Below the pieces are notes generated by a model. The model saw only the letters and a list, made by a program, of their open reading frames with translations, did no database searches and had not been told where the DNA came from. Source: a virus. From it: DNA of 64,000 bases. Positions 56,223 through 64,000 of the stretch are shown here, in pieces. The DNA lies in IMG/VR virus record IMGVR_UViG_3300036399_001571, positions 1-64,000 of that record. One strand, written 5' to 3'. Position 1 is the first letter of the stretch; the number at the start of each line of letters is the position of its first letter. The translations under genes and the position numbers were made by a program.

Positions 56223-58988
56223 TTAAGCCTGTGCTTCCGTCCATGAGAGGCGGGCAAACACTGTCGCAGAAGCAGAACCGATGTTTGTAGCAACAATGTG
56301 CAATGTGTCTGGACCGTCTGGGTAAATGCCTGTTGTTGTTATCGTCGTGCCTCCGCCAAGAATTGAGTTACCAAGGTCTCGAACGTCTCCGAGGTCAATC
56401 TGCACACCACCTGTACCACCCACAAAGAAACCACCAGTTACTTCGCCACCGCTAACCGTTGTTGATGTTCCTTGGTAGTCTGCAATTTGGGCCAAACTTG
56501 ATGTAACCGCTGTTGGCTTTGCCCATGTACGAGAGTTTGATGGAACACCATTCAGGATAGCCTGAACAAGAACGTTTGATGTAGAAGAAGTAGTCGTTAC
56601 GTCAAGGTTTCTTAGCACCAACTGCATTCTGTTAACAAGCTCTCTTTCACCGAAGAACGCCGAGGTTCCGTTGTCTGCTGATGGAGAGACGCGAATAGCA
56701 ATCAGGGTTCGTGTTGCTCCTGCCGAGATAGAAATACCGGTTGTCTGACCATAAGTAAACACGAGCGACTTGTCGTCGTCGAATCTTCCGTCCATGATTG
56801 CCGATGTACCCCAGTGAGATATTGAAGGCGCATATGTTGGGAATGCAAGCTCAACTCCAACTGGATTGGATGCTGAGTATGTAAATGCAAGAGCTGCGCT
56901 TGTTCCCATCGGGATTGCGTTTACTGTTGGGTTAGCCCCAGTCACAGCAGCACTTAACTTGATATTGGTGCCATCAATCTGTTGAATGAATGTTCCGTCT
57001 GGTACGTCTGTTCCAGTGACTCTTTGACCGACTTGCAGTCCAGAGTTTGATGCGACAGTTCCATCGTTTGCCCCAGCAGCAATTGTTAAGGCGAGGGAAG
57101 CGTTTCCTGTTTTTTGTCTTGTAAGACCAGTAAATGTTGTTGCAGTTTTCCCAGTGTAGTTGATGTATTCGTAACCAGTTGCCGTATTGAATACACACAA
57201 TGTTCCAATGCTTGGGAATCCTGTTGTGCTTCCAACATTCATCGTTGTTGTTTCGGAGTCAGACAAAGTTCCAGTTAGCTGCGTATGTGGCGGCTGGCTG
57301 AGAGATTCGTATCGCGCTGGAAGGTTTCCCGAACGCATGTACGCTTCGGCATTTGTGTTGTTGTTGATTATCTTGTGACAGTAAGTAACTTTTCCGTCTT
57401 TTGCACGCATACCCCAACGGATGAAACCAGCACCATACCAAGAATAGTCGATGTAGAACATCTGCATTCTAGAAAGGTCAACGTTGTAACCAGATGCTCC
57501 AGTTCCATCAAACTTGTCTAGATTCCATTCAGCTTGTGGATACTTTGAGTCCACTGTTTTGGAAACTGAAACCATGGTTGAAGTAGAACCACGCCATGCA
57601 GGGCTGATTGTCAATTCAGTGTTGCTTGCAATGTCGGTAATTCTGTACGACTGACCTCGAGCAACGATGTAGTCACCGATTTCAAGCTGACCAGCATATC
57701 TCGTTGGGAACGCTGCGTTTGTTTGAGTCACGGTGCATGAGCCATTTGTGAATGTTGACTTTCCAGAAATCTGGAATGTTGATGAACGTTTTACGGCCCA
57801 CAACGTTTGCCCGTCAAATTCAAAGAACACTCCGTTTTGGTCGTCAAACAAACCAATTCTGTTTACGTTTCCATACCAACCTGCAACGGTAATGTAATAA
57901 GGACCAGAAGCAAGAACGTTCGTTCCAGTCGAAGTTGCTGGAGTATACGTAAATGTATTGTACCCAGTAATCGTATAAACGGTTGTTGTACCGTTAAAGA
58001 TTGCCTCATTAGCACCAAAAATGGTTATTGTCGAGCCTGGGTAGAGGTTATGCTTTTCCTTGGTTTGCACTGTAACCAAGTTTGTTGACGTGCTGTATGA
58101 CAACTGGTCCAACTGAAGGTCTGGTTTGAGCAGTGTTCCAGATGACATCTGGATGCCTTTTCCTGACTGATAGCGGAAATAACGGCGTGTTTGACGTGCG
58201 GCCATTTCGTAATTAGATGTTCCGTTGTTTGAGAAAATAACACCGCCGTCAAAAGGTCTGTGTAGAAAGTTTCCTGATGGGGCTGTATAAATCGCCGCGC
58301 TTGTTGCTGTAAGAGTCCCGGTTGGTGCAACTGGGGCATGATAAACAAACTGTGTTGCGCTAATTATTCTTGAAACAAAGTTTGCGCCGTTTGGTGGGTT
58401 TGTGCCTGAAGTAGTAATTCCAGTTACTGCCACTTCGTTACCGATTGAAAGACCGTGCGGAATTGTCGTGGTCACTGTAACTGCAGTGCCAGAATACGAA
58501 ACTGTTGGAGCTGCGCCTATTTTTGCGTTTGTAAAAATAACACCAGTAAAAATTGAAGTCTTATTTGCATCAAAAATTGCTGTCAATGTTCCGGTGTTTA
58601 CCGCTTTACCTGTGTACGTAAATGATGTATTTGTCGTAACAGATTCAATTAGGTACGCACCGTTGGCAATAGATAGCTGTGTATCTCTGACGGTAATAGG
58701 CGTTCCAACAGCAAGCCCAGTTGTATCAGTCAGTGCAACCGTGACTGTTCTTGATGAAGTACTCATCGTAATGCCAGTAATCGACGATATAAAACTTGCC
58801 GAGTCATAAATAAACGGTCTATTTCCAACTGTCGTAAGGTTTTCCCACTTTGAAATTTGTGTTCCATACTCAAAGTCGGTGTCAATCAACGACTGTGGCT
58901 GTGAGACTCTTAACTTTTGGACAGGGTCAAAAAGTACTTCTTCTGGTGTAATCGGCGTTAAGCCAGGTGGTATTTGGTTAAGACCCAT
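56223..58988 (-). CDS. Large virion structural protein
   Basis: 921 aa, Thr/Ser/Gly-rich and beta-rich; RQTRRYFRYQSGKG, GFIRWG and YMRSGNLPARYE. Confidence 0.7.
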   Translation of the reverse strand: MGLNQIPPGLTPITPEEVLFDPVQKLRVSQPQSLIDTDFEYGTQISKWENLTTVGNRPFIYDSASFISSITGITMSTSSRTVTVALTDTTGLAVGTPITVRDTQLSIANGAYLIESVTTNTSFTYTGKAVNTGTLTAIFDANKTSIFTGVIFTNAKIGAAPTVSYSGTAVTVTTTIPHGLSIGNEVAVTGITTSGTNPPNGANFVSRIISATQFVYHAPVAPTGTLTATSAAIYTAPSGNFLHRPFDGGVIFSNNGTSNYEMAARQTRRYFRYQSGKGIQMSSGTLLKPDLQLDQLSYSTSTNLVTVQTKEKHNLYPGSTITIFGANEAIFNGTTTVYTITGYNTFTYTPATSTGTNVLASGPYYITVAGWYGNVNRIGLFDDQNGVFFEFDGQTLWAVKRSSTFQISGKSTFTNGSCTVTQTNAAFPTRYAGQLEIGDYIVARGQSYRITDIASNTELTISPAWRGSTSTMVSVSKTVDSKYPQAEWNLDKFDGTGASGYNVDLSRMQMFYIDYSWYGAGFIRWGMRAKDGKVTYCHKIINNNTNAEAYMRSGNLPARYESLSQPPHTQLTGTLSDSETTTMNVGSTTGFPSIGTLCVFNTATGYEYINYTGKTATTFTGLTRQKTGNASLALTIAAGANDGTVASNSGLQVGQRVTGTDVPDGTFIQQIDGTNIKLSAAVTGANPTVNAIPMGTSAALAFTYSASNPVGVELAFPTYAPSISHWGTSAIMDGRFDDDKSLVFTYGQTTGISISAGATRTLIAIRVSPSADNGTSAFFGERELVNRMQLVLRNLDVTTTSSTSNVLVQAILNGVPSNSRTWAKPTAVTSSLAQIADYQGTSTTVSGGEVTGGFFVGGTGGVQIDLGDVRDLGNSILGGGTTITTTGIYPDGPDTLHIVATNIGSASATVFARLSWTEAQA

Positions 58989-59299
58989 TACGCTATCTCC
59001 ATCCCGCTGATGTGGAATTTAATGTCAGTTGAGTTTGCATTCCCAGTGATTGTGTCCCCTGCCGCGAGAACCTGCTTGAGGTCTAGGGAAATAACAGAAT
59101 TTCCAGGTATTTCAAGTGTTGGAACAAGAGGGATACCATCCAGACCGATTGAGTATGTGCCGCCAGCTACGGCATTATTGGCCACGACAATATTCGTAAC
59201 AACAGTAGTCGTCAACGACGGCACTGTGTAGAGCACCGTCGCAGGGTTTGTGTAAACCGTTGCAGCGCCTCTAAAAAGAATTTCAGCTGTATTAGCCAT
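58988..59299 (-). CDS. Small structural protein
   Basis: TVLYTVP..TTTVVTNIVVAN and ISGMEI; coupled to the downstream gene. Confidence 0.7.
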   Translation of the reverse strand: MANTAEILFRGAATVYTNPATVLYTVPSLTTTVVTNIVVANNAVAGGTYSIGLDGIPLVPTLEIPGNSVISLDLKQVLAAGDTITGNANSTDIKFHISGMEIA

Positions 59300-59315
59300 T
59301 GATTACTCCAGTCAT

Positions 59316-62300
59316 TTAGAACGCTCCCATGATAGACGCTACTCCGACATCGTCGGTGCTAGTTGAACGAGATACAAGAACCCAGGCTCCGTCATAGTAG
59401 ACGAAAACTTCGCTAGTTGTATTTTTAAACCAAAATTGTCCATTGGACGGGTTTTCTGGAGAGCTAGACCCAATGACGGCACCAATTCCAGATGAGCCAA
59501 TTTCAACCCAGTACGAGTCGTAGTAGACAAAGGTTATGGCGGAGTCTGTCTCAAACCAGAAGTCACCATCATCTGGGGAGCTTGGCGGCGTTGTACTTAG
59601 CGTCATTTTTGCGCCAGCGTCAATGATGTGGTAGCTACTTCCGTCTCTAGTTGCTTCCCATCTGTCTTCTATTTCATTCCATCTAATATCGACGCTTGCA
59701 CTTGAGCCTCGGTCAATTACGATTGCACCGTTGACCGTAGGTGCGCCAATTGTCCCAGCATTAAGAACAATCTTGCTGTCGGCGATATTTAGTTCTGCTT
59801 GGCTAGTTGTTTCTTGGTTTGTAGCAAATAGGTTAGTTACTACAAGTGTGTCAAACTGAACGCATGCGCTGGTTCCAACTTCCTGCCCAATTGAAATAGT
59901 TGGGGTTGCGCTTTCCCCGGAATTTTCAATAATCGTTACACCTGTGCCAGCAATAAGGTTGGCTACATAATTCCCAGTTGTATCAGTTCCCATTACAACA
60001 GAGTTTGGCTGGATGGCTGTTGACATCGTCACATTGCCAAGGTCGGTGAAGGTAACTGAGCCAGAAACATCACCAGACAATGTCAGTATTGGAGATACGC
60101 CAGTAATTATTGGGCTTGTTAAGGTCTTATTTGTTAACGTGTCTGTGGTGTTCGTTCCAATTAGGGTGGTAGTTGCGTCTGGGAATGAAATAACCCTATC
60201 TGCTGTTGGATTTGTAAACGTGATTACTGTTTCAAATTCATCAGGGCTTGAGCCTTCAAAGGTTATTCCTCCGCCAAACTTCACCTCTGGGCTTCCAGAC
60301 GAGATTGATGATGACGGTGTTACTACTGGGGTGTATCTAAACTGGTATGCAGATGTTACTTGAGCAACAGTAAAGTCTCCGTTATACCCCTCTTGCGTTG
60401 CTCCGGAAACTGTAATCCTTGCTCCGACATAAAGGCCGTGCTCGGAAAGAGTGTTGACAGTAGCAAGATTTGTTCCTGCATTATATGTCAAGTTGCCGTT
60501 TACGCTTAGGTTTGTGTTCCCTATCGAGAGTCCTGAAAATAGTGGTGAGTCTCCAGAACCGACAGGTTGTCCGATATTGATAGTTGGGGTTCCTGCCTCT
60601 GAAGCCACTCCATTTGTTAGAGAAACACCAGTTCCGGCTATGACCGAAGCAACGAAGTTTCCACTTGTGTCAGTGCTTAGGTCAACCAAATCTGGAACCC
60701 AAGCTGTTCCGTTCCACTTAAGAAACTGACCACTTGTTGGTGCTGATGCAGAAACATCAGAAAGTTCATCCAATGCATGAGTTGATATTGATGAAACTGT
60801 TGCCGAGTTTCCTGAGATGCTTCCGTCAACAGAACCGGTTACGTTTCCGGTTAAGTTTCCAGTTACGTTTCCAAATAGGTTTCCAGTAACATTTCCAAGA
60901 ACATCTCCGCTTACGCTTCCAGAGACGTTTCCAATCAGGTTTCCCGTTACATCTCCTGATACGTTTCCAATATGAAGACCTGTTGTATCTCCAAACACAT
61001 CTCCGTAGACATTGCCAGTTAAATCTCCGGTTACATTTCCTGCCACGCTTCCAGAAACACTTCCGTATAGAATTCCTGTTACATCTCCAGTAACTTCTCC
61101 AATATGAGTACCAACTAGCGTGCCTTGAAACTCGGAGGCATAGATATTGTTGGTTGCGGTTATATTGCTGTAGAAAATTGGATTAAGCAGGTCTGCTTTT
61201 TCATTTAGCTGTGATTGAATATTTGCGCTTGCGCTATTTAGATATTCGAGCTGTTCTCTTGTGGTTGCAATTTCAAATAATTTATTTAAATCACCAGAAG
61301 TTGCAGTAAGACCATTTATGTCTGTTGTGTATAGGGTGATATTAGCTGAACCATCAAATGATTGACCGCCAATCAATCTTGGCGTTTCAAGAACTACAGC
61401 TTCAGCGGCTACACCGTTTAGATATGCAGTTACTCCAGCAAATGTAACGCTTGAGCTTGTGGCTACATTTTGACCAATAGCAAGTGTGTTTCCGGTTTTT
61501 GTTATTCCAGTTCCAGCTGTTATTGGTGCTGTTCCAGAAAATTGTGTAAAGTTTATTGCGTCTACGCCGATTATGTGTGCTTTGTCATCACCGGTTCCAG
61601 ACGAGACAACTAGAAAACCTTGGTTTACATTGGTTGCTCCAGAACCTACATAAAGTGCTTCTCCAGGTTGTATTTCTGCGCTATATGTACTTGAGTCAAA
61701 ATCTGAAGCTCTTTCCAAAACCCATTGAGAAGAAACACTTCCCTGAGCTTCTACAACGTAGACACCGTTATGAATGGGATTGGCTTGGTTCTTTACAAGA
61801 ATTCGTTGCCCGTCTGATGCGTTTTGTCCGTCAACAACAAGTCTTGCGTTGCCAACAGAAGTGAGTGTTGCGCCAACACCATTAGTTCCATTTGAGTACG
61901 TTGGTGTGTTTGGAAGAACTGCGGCAGTAGCGAAGATTGCAAAATCATGCCAATTTATAGACGCAGCAATTCCGTCAACATAGGCTTTTGTGGCTGCATG
62001 GGAGTCATCTGTCGGGAGATTATTAAGAGTTACCTGAGCAAATGCTGGAGACGCTGAAACAGCAACGCTCTGCCCGATGTTTATGGTCGGCGTAGTTCCA
62101 GAGCCTGAGTTGCCCGTAATTGTTACGCCAGTGCCCTGTGTGAGGGACTCTACGTAGTTGACAGCGTCAAGACTTCCATAGAAATAGTCAAGCTCAGTCC
62201 ATGAACTCGACCCATCGCCAAGCTTTATCTTCTCAGTGTCTGACTCAAGGCCTATTTCGCCGGCCGAAAGTACTGGGTCTACTGAGGTCCAGTTGGCAGC

Positions 62301-62336
62301 AAGGTCGCGACGGAATAAAATCTTCTTATAAGCCAT
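59316..62336 (-). CDS. Long tail fibre with Mtd-N-like N-terminus and GNVTG repeats
   Basis: ILFRRD.AANW...PVLSAGEIGLESDT..IKLGDG, RILVKNQ..NGVY, and G(N/D)V(T/S)G repeats at about 60800-61130. Confidence 0.82.
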   Translation of the reverse strand: MAYKKILFRRDLAANWTSVDPVLSAGEIGLESDTEKIKLGDGSSSWTELDYFYGSLDAVNYVESLTQGTGVTITGNSGSGTTPTINIGQSVAVSASPAFAQVTLNNLPTDDSHAATKAYVDGIAASINWHDFAIFATAAVLPNTPTYSNGTNGVGATLTSVGNARLVVDGQNASDGQRILVKNQANPIHNGVYVVEAQGSVSSQWVLERASDFDSSTYSAEIQPGEALYVGSGATNVNQGFLVVSSGTGDDKAHIIGVDAINFTQFSGTAPITAGTGITKTGNTLAIGQNVATSSSVTFAGVTAYLNGVAAEAVVLETPRLIGGQSFDGSANITLYTTDINGLTATSGDLNKLFEIATTREQLEYLNSASANIQSQLNEKADLLNPIFYSNITATNNIYASEFQGTLVGTHIGEVTGDVTGILYGSVSGSVAGNVTGDLTGNVYGDVFGDTTGLHIGNVSGDVTGNLIGNVSGSVSGDVLGNVTGNLFGNVTGNLTGNVTGSVDGSISGNSATVSSISTHALDELSDVSASAPTSGQFLKWNGTAWVPDLVDLSTDTSGNFVASVIAGTGVSLTNGVASEAGTPTINIGQPVGSGDSPLFSGLSIGNTNLSVNGNLTYNAGTNLATVNTLSEHGLYVGARITVSGATQEGYNGDFTVAQVTSAYQFRYTPVVTPSSSISSGSPEVKFGGGITFEGSSPDEFETVITFTNPTADRVISFPDATTTLIGTNTTDTLTNKTLTSPIITGVSPILTLSGDVSGSVTFTDLGNVTMSTAIQPNSVVMGTDTTGNYVANLIAGTGVTIIENSGESATPTISIGQEVGTSACVQFDTLVVTNLFATNQETTSQAELNIADSKIVLNAGTIGAPTVNGAIVIDRGSSASVDIRWNEIEDRWEATRDGSSYHIIDAGAKMTLSTTPPSSPDDGDFWFETDSAITFVYYDSYWVEIGSSGIGAVIGSSSPENPSNGQFWFKNTTSEVFVYYDGAWVLVSRSTSTDDVGVASIMGAF

Positions 62337-62518
62337 TAAGCATCGCCTCCGTCAGCAACCTGGGTATCGTTGGCCTCATCGATTTCGATGTCGGCAAACC
62401 CACCGTCAATTATCGCAGATTTAAACCTTTGCCAACGCAACCCATTCCACACCCAAGACTTTCCGGCGACAGAAAACTCGTCATTTGTTGACGGCGATGG
62501 TGGGAAAACAATTGGCAT
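62336..62518 (-). CDS. Small fibre-associated protein
   Basis: FP.SP..ND......W.W.G.RW; coupled to the fibre gene. Confidence 0.65.
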   Translation of the reverse strand: MPIVFPPSPSTNDEFSVAGKSWVWNGLRWQRFKSAIIDGGFADIEIDEANDTQVADGGDA

Positions 62519-62537
62519 GTGTTCATTATGGCATACC

Positions 62538-62780
62538 TCAGTCTTTCACTACCTCTAGTCTTTCGTTTTCCATTAGCTTTTTTGAAAATGTATTCAGTCC
62601 GTGAACATAGCCGAGTGGTTCTGGAATGTTTAATTCAATGCAAACATCTACGAGCTTTCCGTCCCTAATGTCAGTCCAGGCATCAATCATTGCTTGCGCC
62701 CCAGATTTGCCACTGATGTGGTATTTATCTGAAATAAGCTGAACAAGCTCATCATCGTAATTCCATGTTTTTAAAGTCAT
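62538..62780 (-). CDS. Hypothetical protein
   Basis: ATGA-coupled to the upstream GNAT gene. Confidence 0.6.
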   Translation of the reverse strand: MTLKTWNYDDELVQLISDKYHISGKSGAQAMIDAWTDIRDGKLVDVCIELNIPEPLGYVHGLNTFSKKLMENERLEVVKD

Positions 62781-63244
62781 TGTGGATTTTCTTCTGCTCG
62801 CTTCTGCTCAATGTATTTTTGAGCCCATCTTGCTCCGGCTGCAGTGCTTTTTACACCCAATAGACCCTCATTGAAGTCGTATTCATATCCGCGCCCGTTC
62901 AGAAACTCTTCTCGCGAATAATCCAAGACCTTTGAAGCTATTCCCATATTTTGGTAATCTGGGTGGACATTGAGCATGAACGGCTTTTGCACCTCGTCTT
63001 TTATGTACGAACCGTAAACACACAGAAGCAAGCCATCTTCTCCGCGATATAAATCTATGTTTACATCGACCGAATTCTCGTGGCCGAAAAGGTGTGGGGC
63101 GGCTGCTGGAATTGTCTGTTTAGAAAAACCTGGCTCTCCAAATTCTCCAAACCTATACTCCAAAAAAGACCATTCGGCAAATGTGAAATCCTGAACGTTG
63201 GTATCTAGATTTTCCCATGGCTTATCTACGTTTGCATCGCTCAT
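62777..63244 (-). CDS. GNAT-fold acetyltransferase-like protein
   Basis: LNVHPDYQNMGIASKVL motif A. Confidence 0.7.
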   Translation of the reverse strand: MSDANVDKPWENLDTNVQDFTFAEWSFLEYRFGEFGEPGFSKQTIPAAAPHLFGHENSVDVNIDLYRGEDGLLLCVYGSYIKDEVQKPFMLNVHPDYQNMGIASKVLDYSREEFLNGRGYEYDFNEGLLGVKSTAAGARWAQKYIEQKRAEENPQ

Positions 63245-63252
63245 AACTGTGA

Positions 63253-63498
63253 CTAATCCTCCAATGGCGCTCGTGGGGCGCCGTTTTCATACACCCATCC
63301 ACCTCGGATGTGGTCGTAGTATTCACTATCTATTGGTATCTCTATTATCTTTGGGTCACTTGCTAGGGCTGTAACAATATATTCATAGCCGCCCTGCTGG
63401 TCTATCCATTCAGGATTTGGAGCCCAAGTAAAGGCAACTTCTCCGTCAACGACAACTGAGAATTTTCTTAAACGTTTTGCAGTTTTTTGTTGTTCCAT
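63253..63498 (-). CDS. Small VVDGEV protein (paralog of 34073-34306)
   Basis: FSVVVDGEVA..TALASDPKIIEI..GGWVYENG. Confidence 0.72.
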   Translation of the reverse strand: MEQQKTAKRLRKFSVVVDGEVAFTWAPNPEWIDQQGGYEYIVTALASDPKIIEIPIDSEYYDHIRGGWVYENGAPRAPLED

Positions 63499-63550
63499 AG
63501 TGTTTAGATTCTAGCGGTATCTAATGCACTACCGAATACCGATTCACACT

Positions 63551-64000
63551 CTAGATACATATAAAACCGTCCTTAAACCCGCCGCAACCAGCTGGAGGGC
63601 AACATGGTCCAATTCCTGGACAGTCAGGGCATGCGAAGGTCGGGAAGAACGGGAAGAACGGGAAGAACGGGAAGAACGGGAAGAACGGCGGCGCTGGGTT
63701 GGTGGTTTCTGATATGTAGATAGCGTCAGAGTTTGCCCACCCTGGTTTTGAAACATATACATATGTGTATCTAGTTGTGTCATAACCAAGACCAAACCAT
63801 CCATGACAACTTCCAGATTGGTCGTTTGGCGCGTCAACATTGAATCCGTAGTAATTGTACGTAGCGGTTCCACCGTTGCCAGGTTGCTCTAGGCCATCAG
63901 TGAAGTAGTTGGTGTAACACCATGGAATTGAACTTTCCGTCTCTGCAATATCTCCAATAATCGGAGTTGGAACCTTGCCGAACAACGGAGTGATTGAGCT
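63551..64000 (-). CDS. C-terminal part of a third PFF-repeat/Cys-rich protein (5' end outside window)
   Basis: Frame is open to the window edge; PAPPFFPFFPFFPFFPFFPTFACPDCPGIGPCCPPAGCGGFKDGFICI*. Confidence 0.8.
   Translation of the reverse strand, partial: SSITPLFGKVPTPIIGDIAETESSIPWCYTNYFTDGLEQPGNGGTATYNYYGFNVDAPNDQSGSCHGWFGLGYDTTRYTYVYVSKPGWANSDAIYISETTNPAPPFFPFFPFFPFFPFFPTFACPDCPGIGPCCPPAGCGGFKDGFICI
63642..63686 (-). repeat. Perfect 9-bp tandem repeat x5 encoding PFF units
   Basis: GGGAAGAAC x5 on the + strand. Confidence 0.95.

Noticed and set aside
59316-62336. Diversity-generating retroelement suggested by the Mtd-like N-terminus
   Set aside because: No reverse transcriptase and no TR/VR pair differing at adenines were seen in the window.

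Overview
The whole window is part of a large tailed phage genome with a contractile (myovirus-type) tail. An actinobacterial host is plausible but only inferred, from the RuvC type and a KAAK-rich basic protein. No integrase, tRNA, rRNA or CRISPR array was seen. Layout: (1) 1-7457 (-), head module. It holds a portal and an ORF of at least 1687 codons that is missing from the supplied track because it runs off the window edge. That ORF starts with an HK97-type prohead protease, followed by a HiPIP-like Cys4 motif, seven [LF]SSG[KRD]-delimited segments and a sigma70 region-4-like HTH. (2) 7511-15894 (+): terminase, Rad52-like annealase, exonuclease, HNH, two structured-RNA candidates, RuvC, a ParB/PAPS-reductase/ParB triad and a histone-like protein. 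(3) 15981-34536 (+): neck, sheath, tube, chaperone, tape measure, baseplate and fibre genes. (4) 34553-54189: an island of about 20 kb with 15 2OG-Fe(II) dioxygenases, three DUF6065-like partners, a GT32 glycosyltransferase, two sulfotransferase-like proteins, a desaturase, an atypical glutathione peroxidase and small unknown proteins. (5) 54199-64000 (-): a second fibre/structural module. Three genes carry tandem Pro-Phe-Phe/Pro-Pro-Phe-Phe repeats, and two of them bracket the enzyme island. The two strongest hypotheses are a virion-protein modification system acting on PFF/PPFF-repeat fibres and a self-processed capsid polyprotein. All family assignments come from motif recognition by eye; no database search was run.
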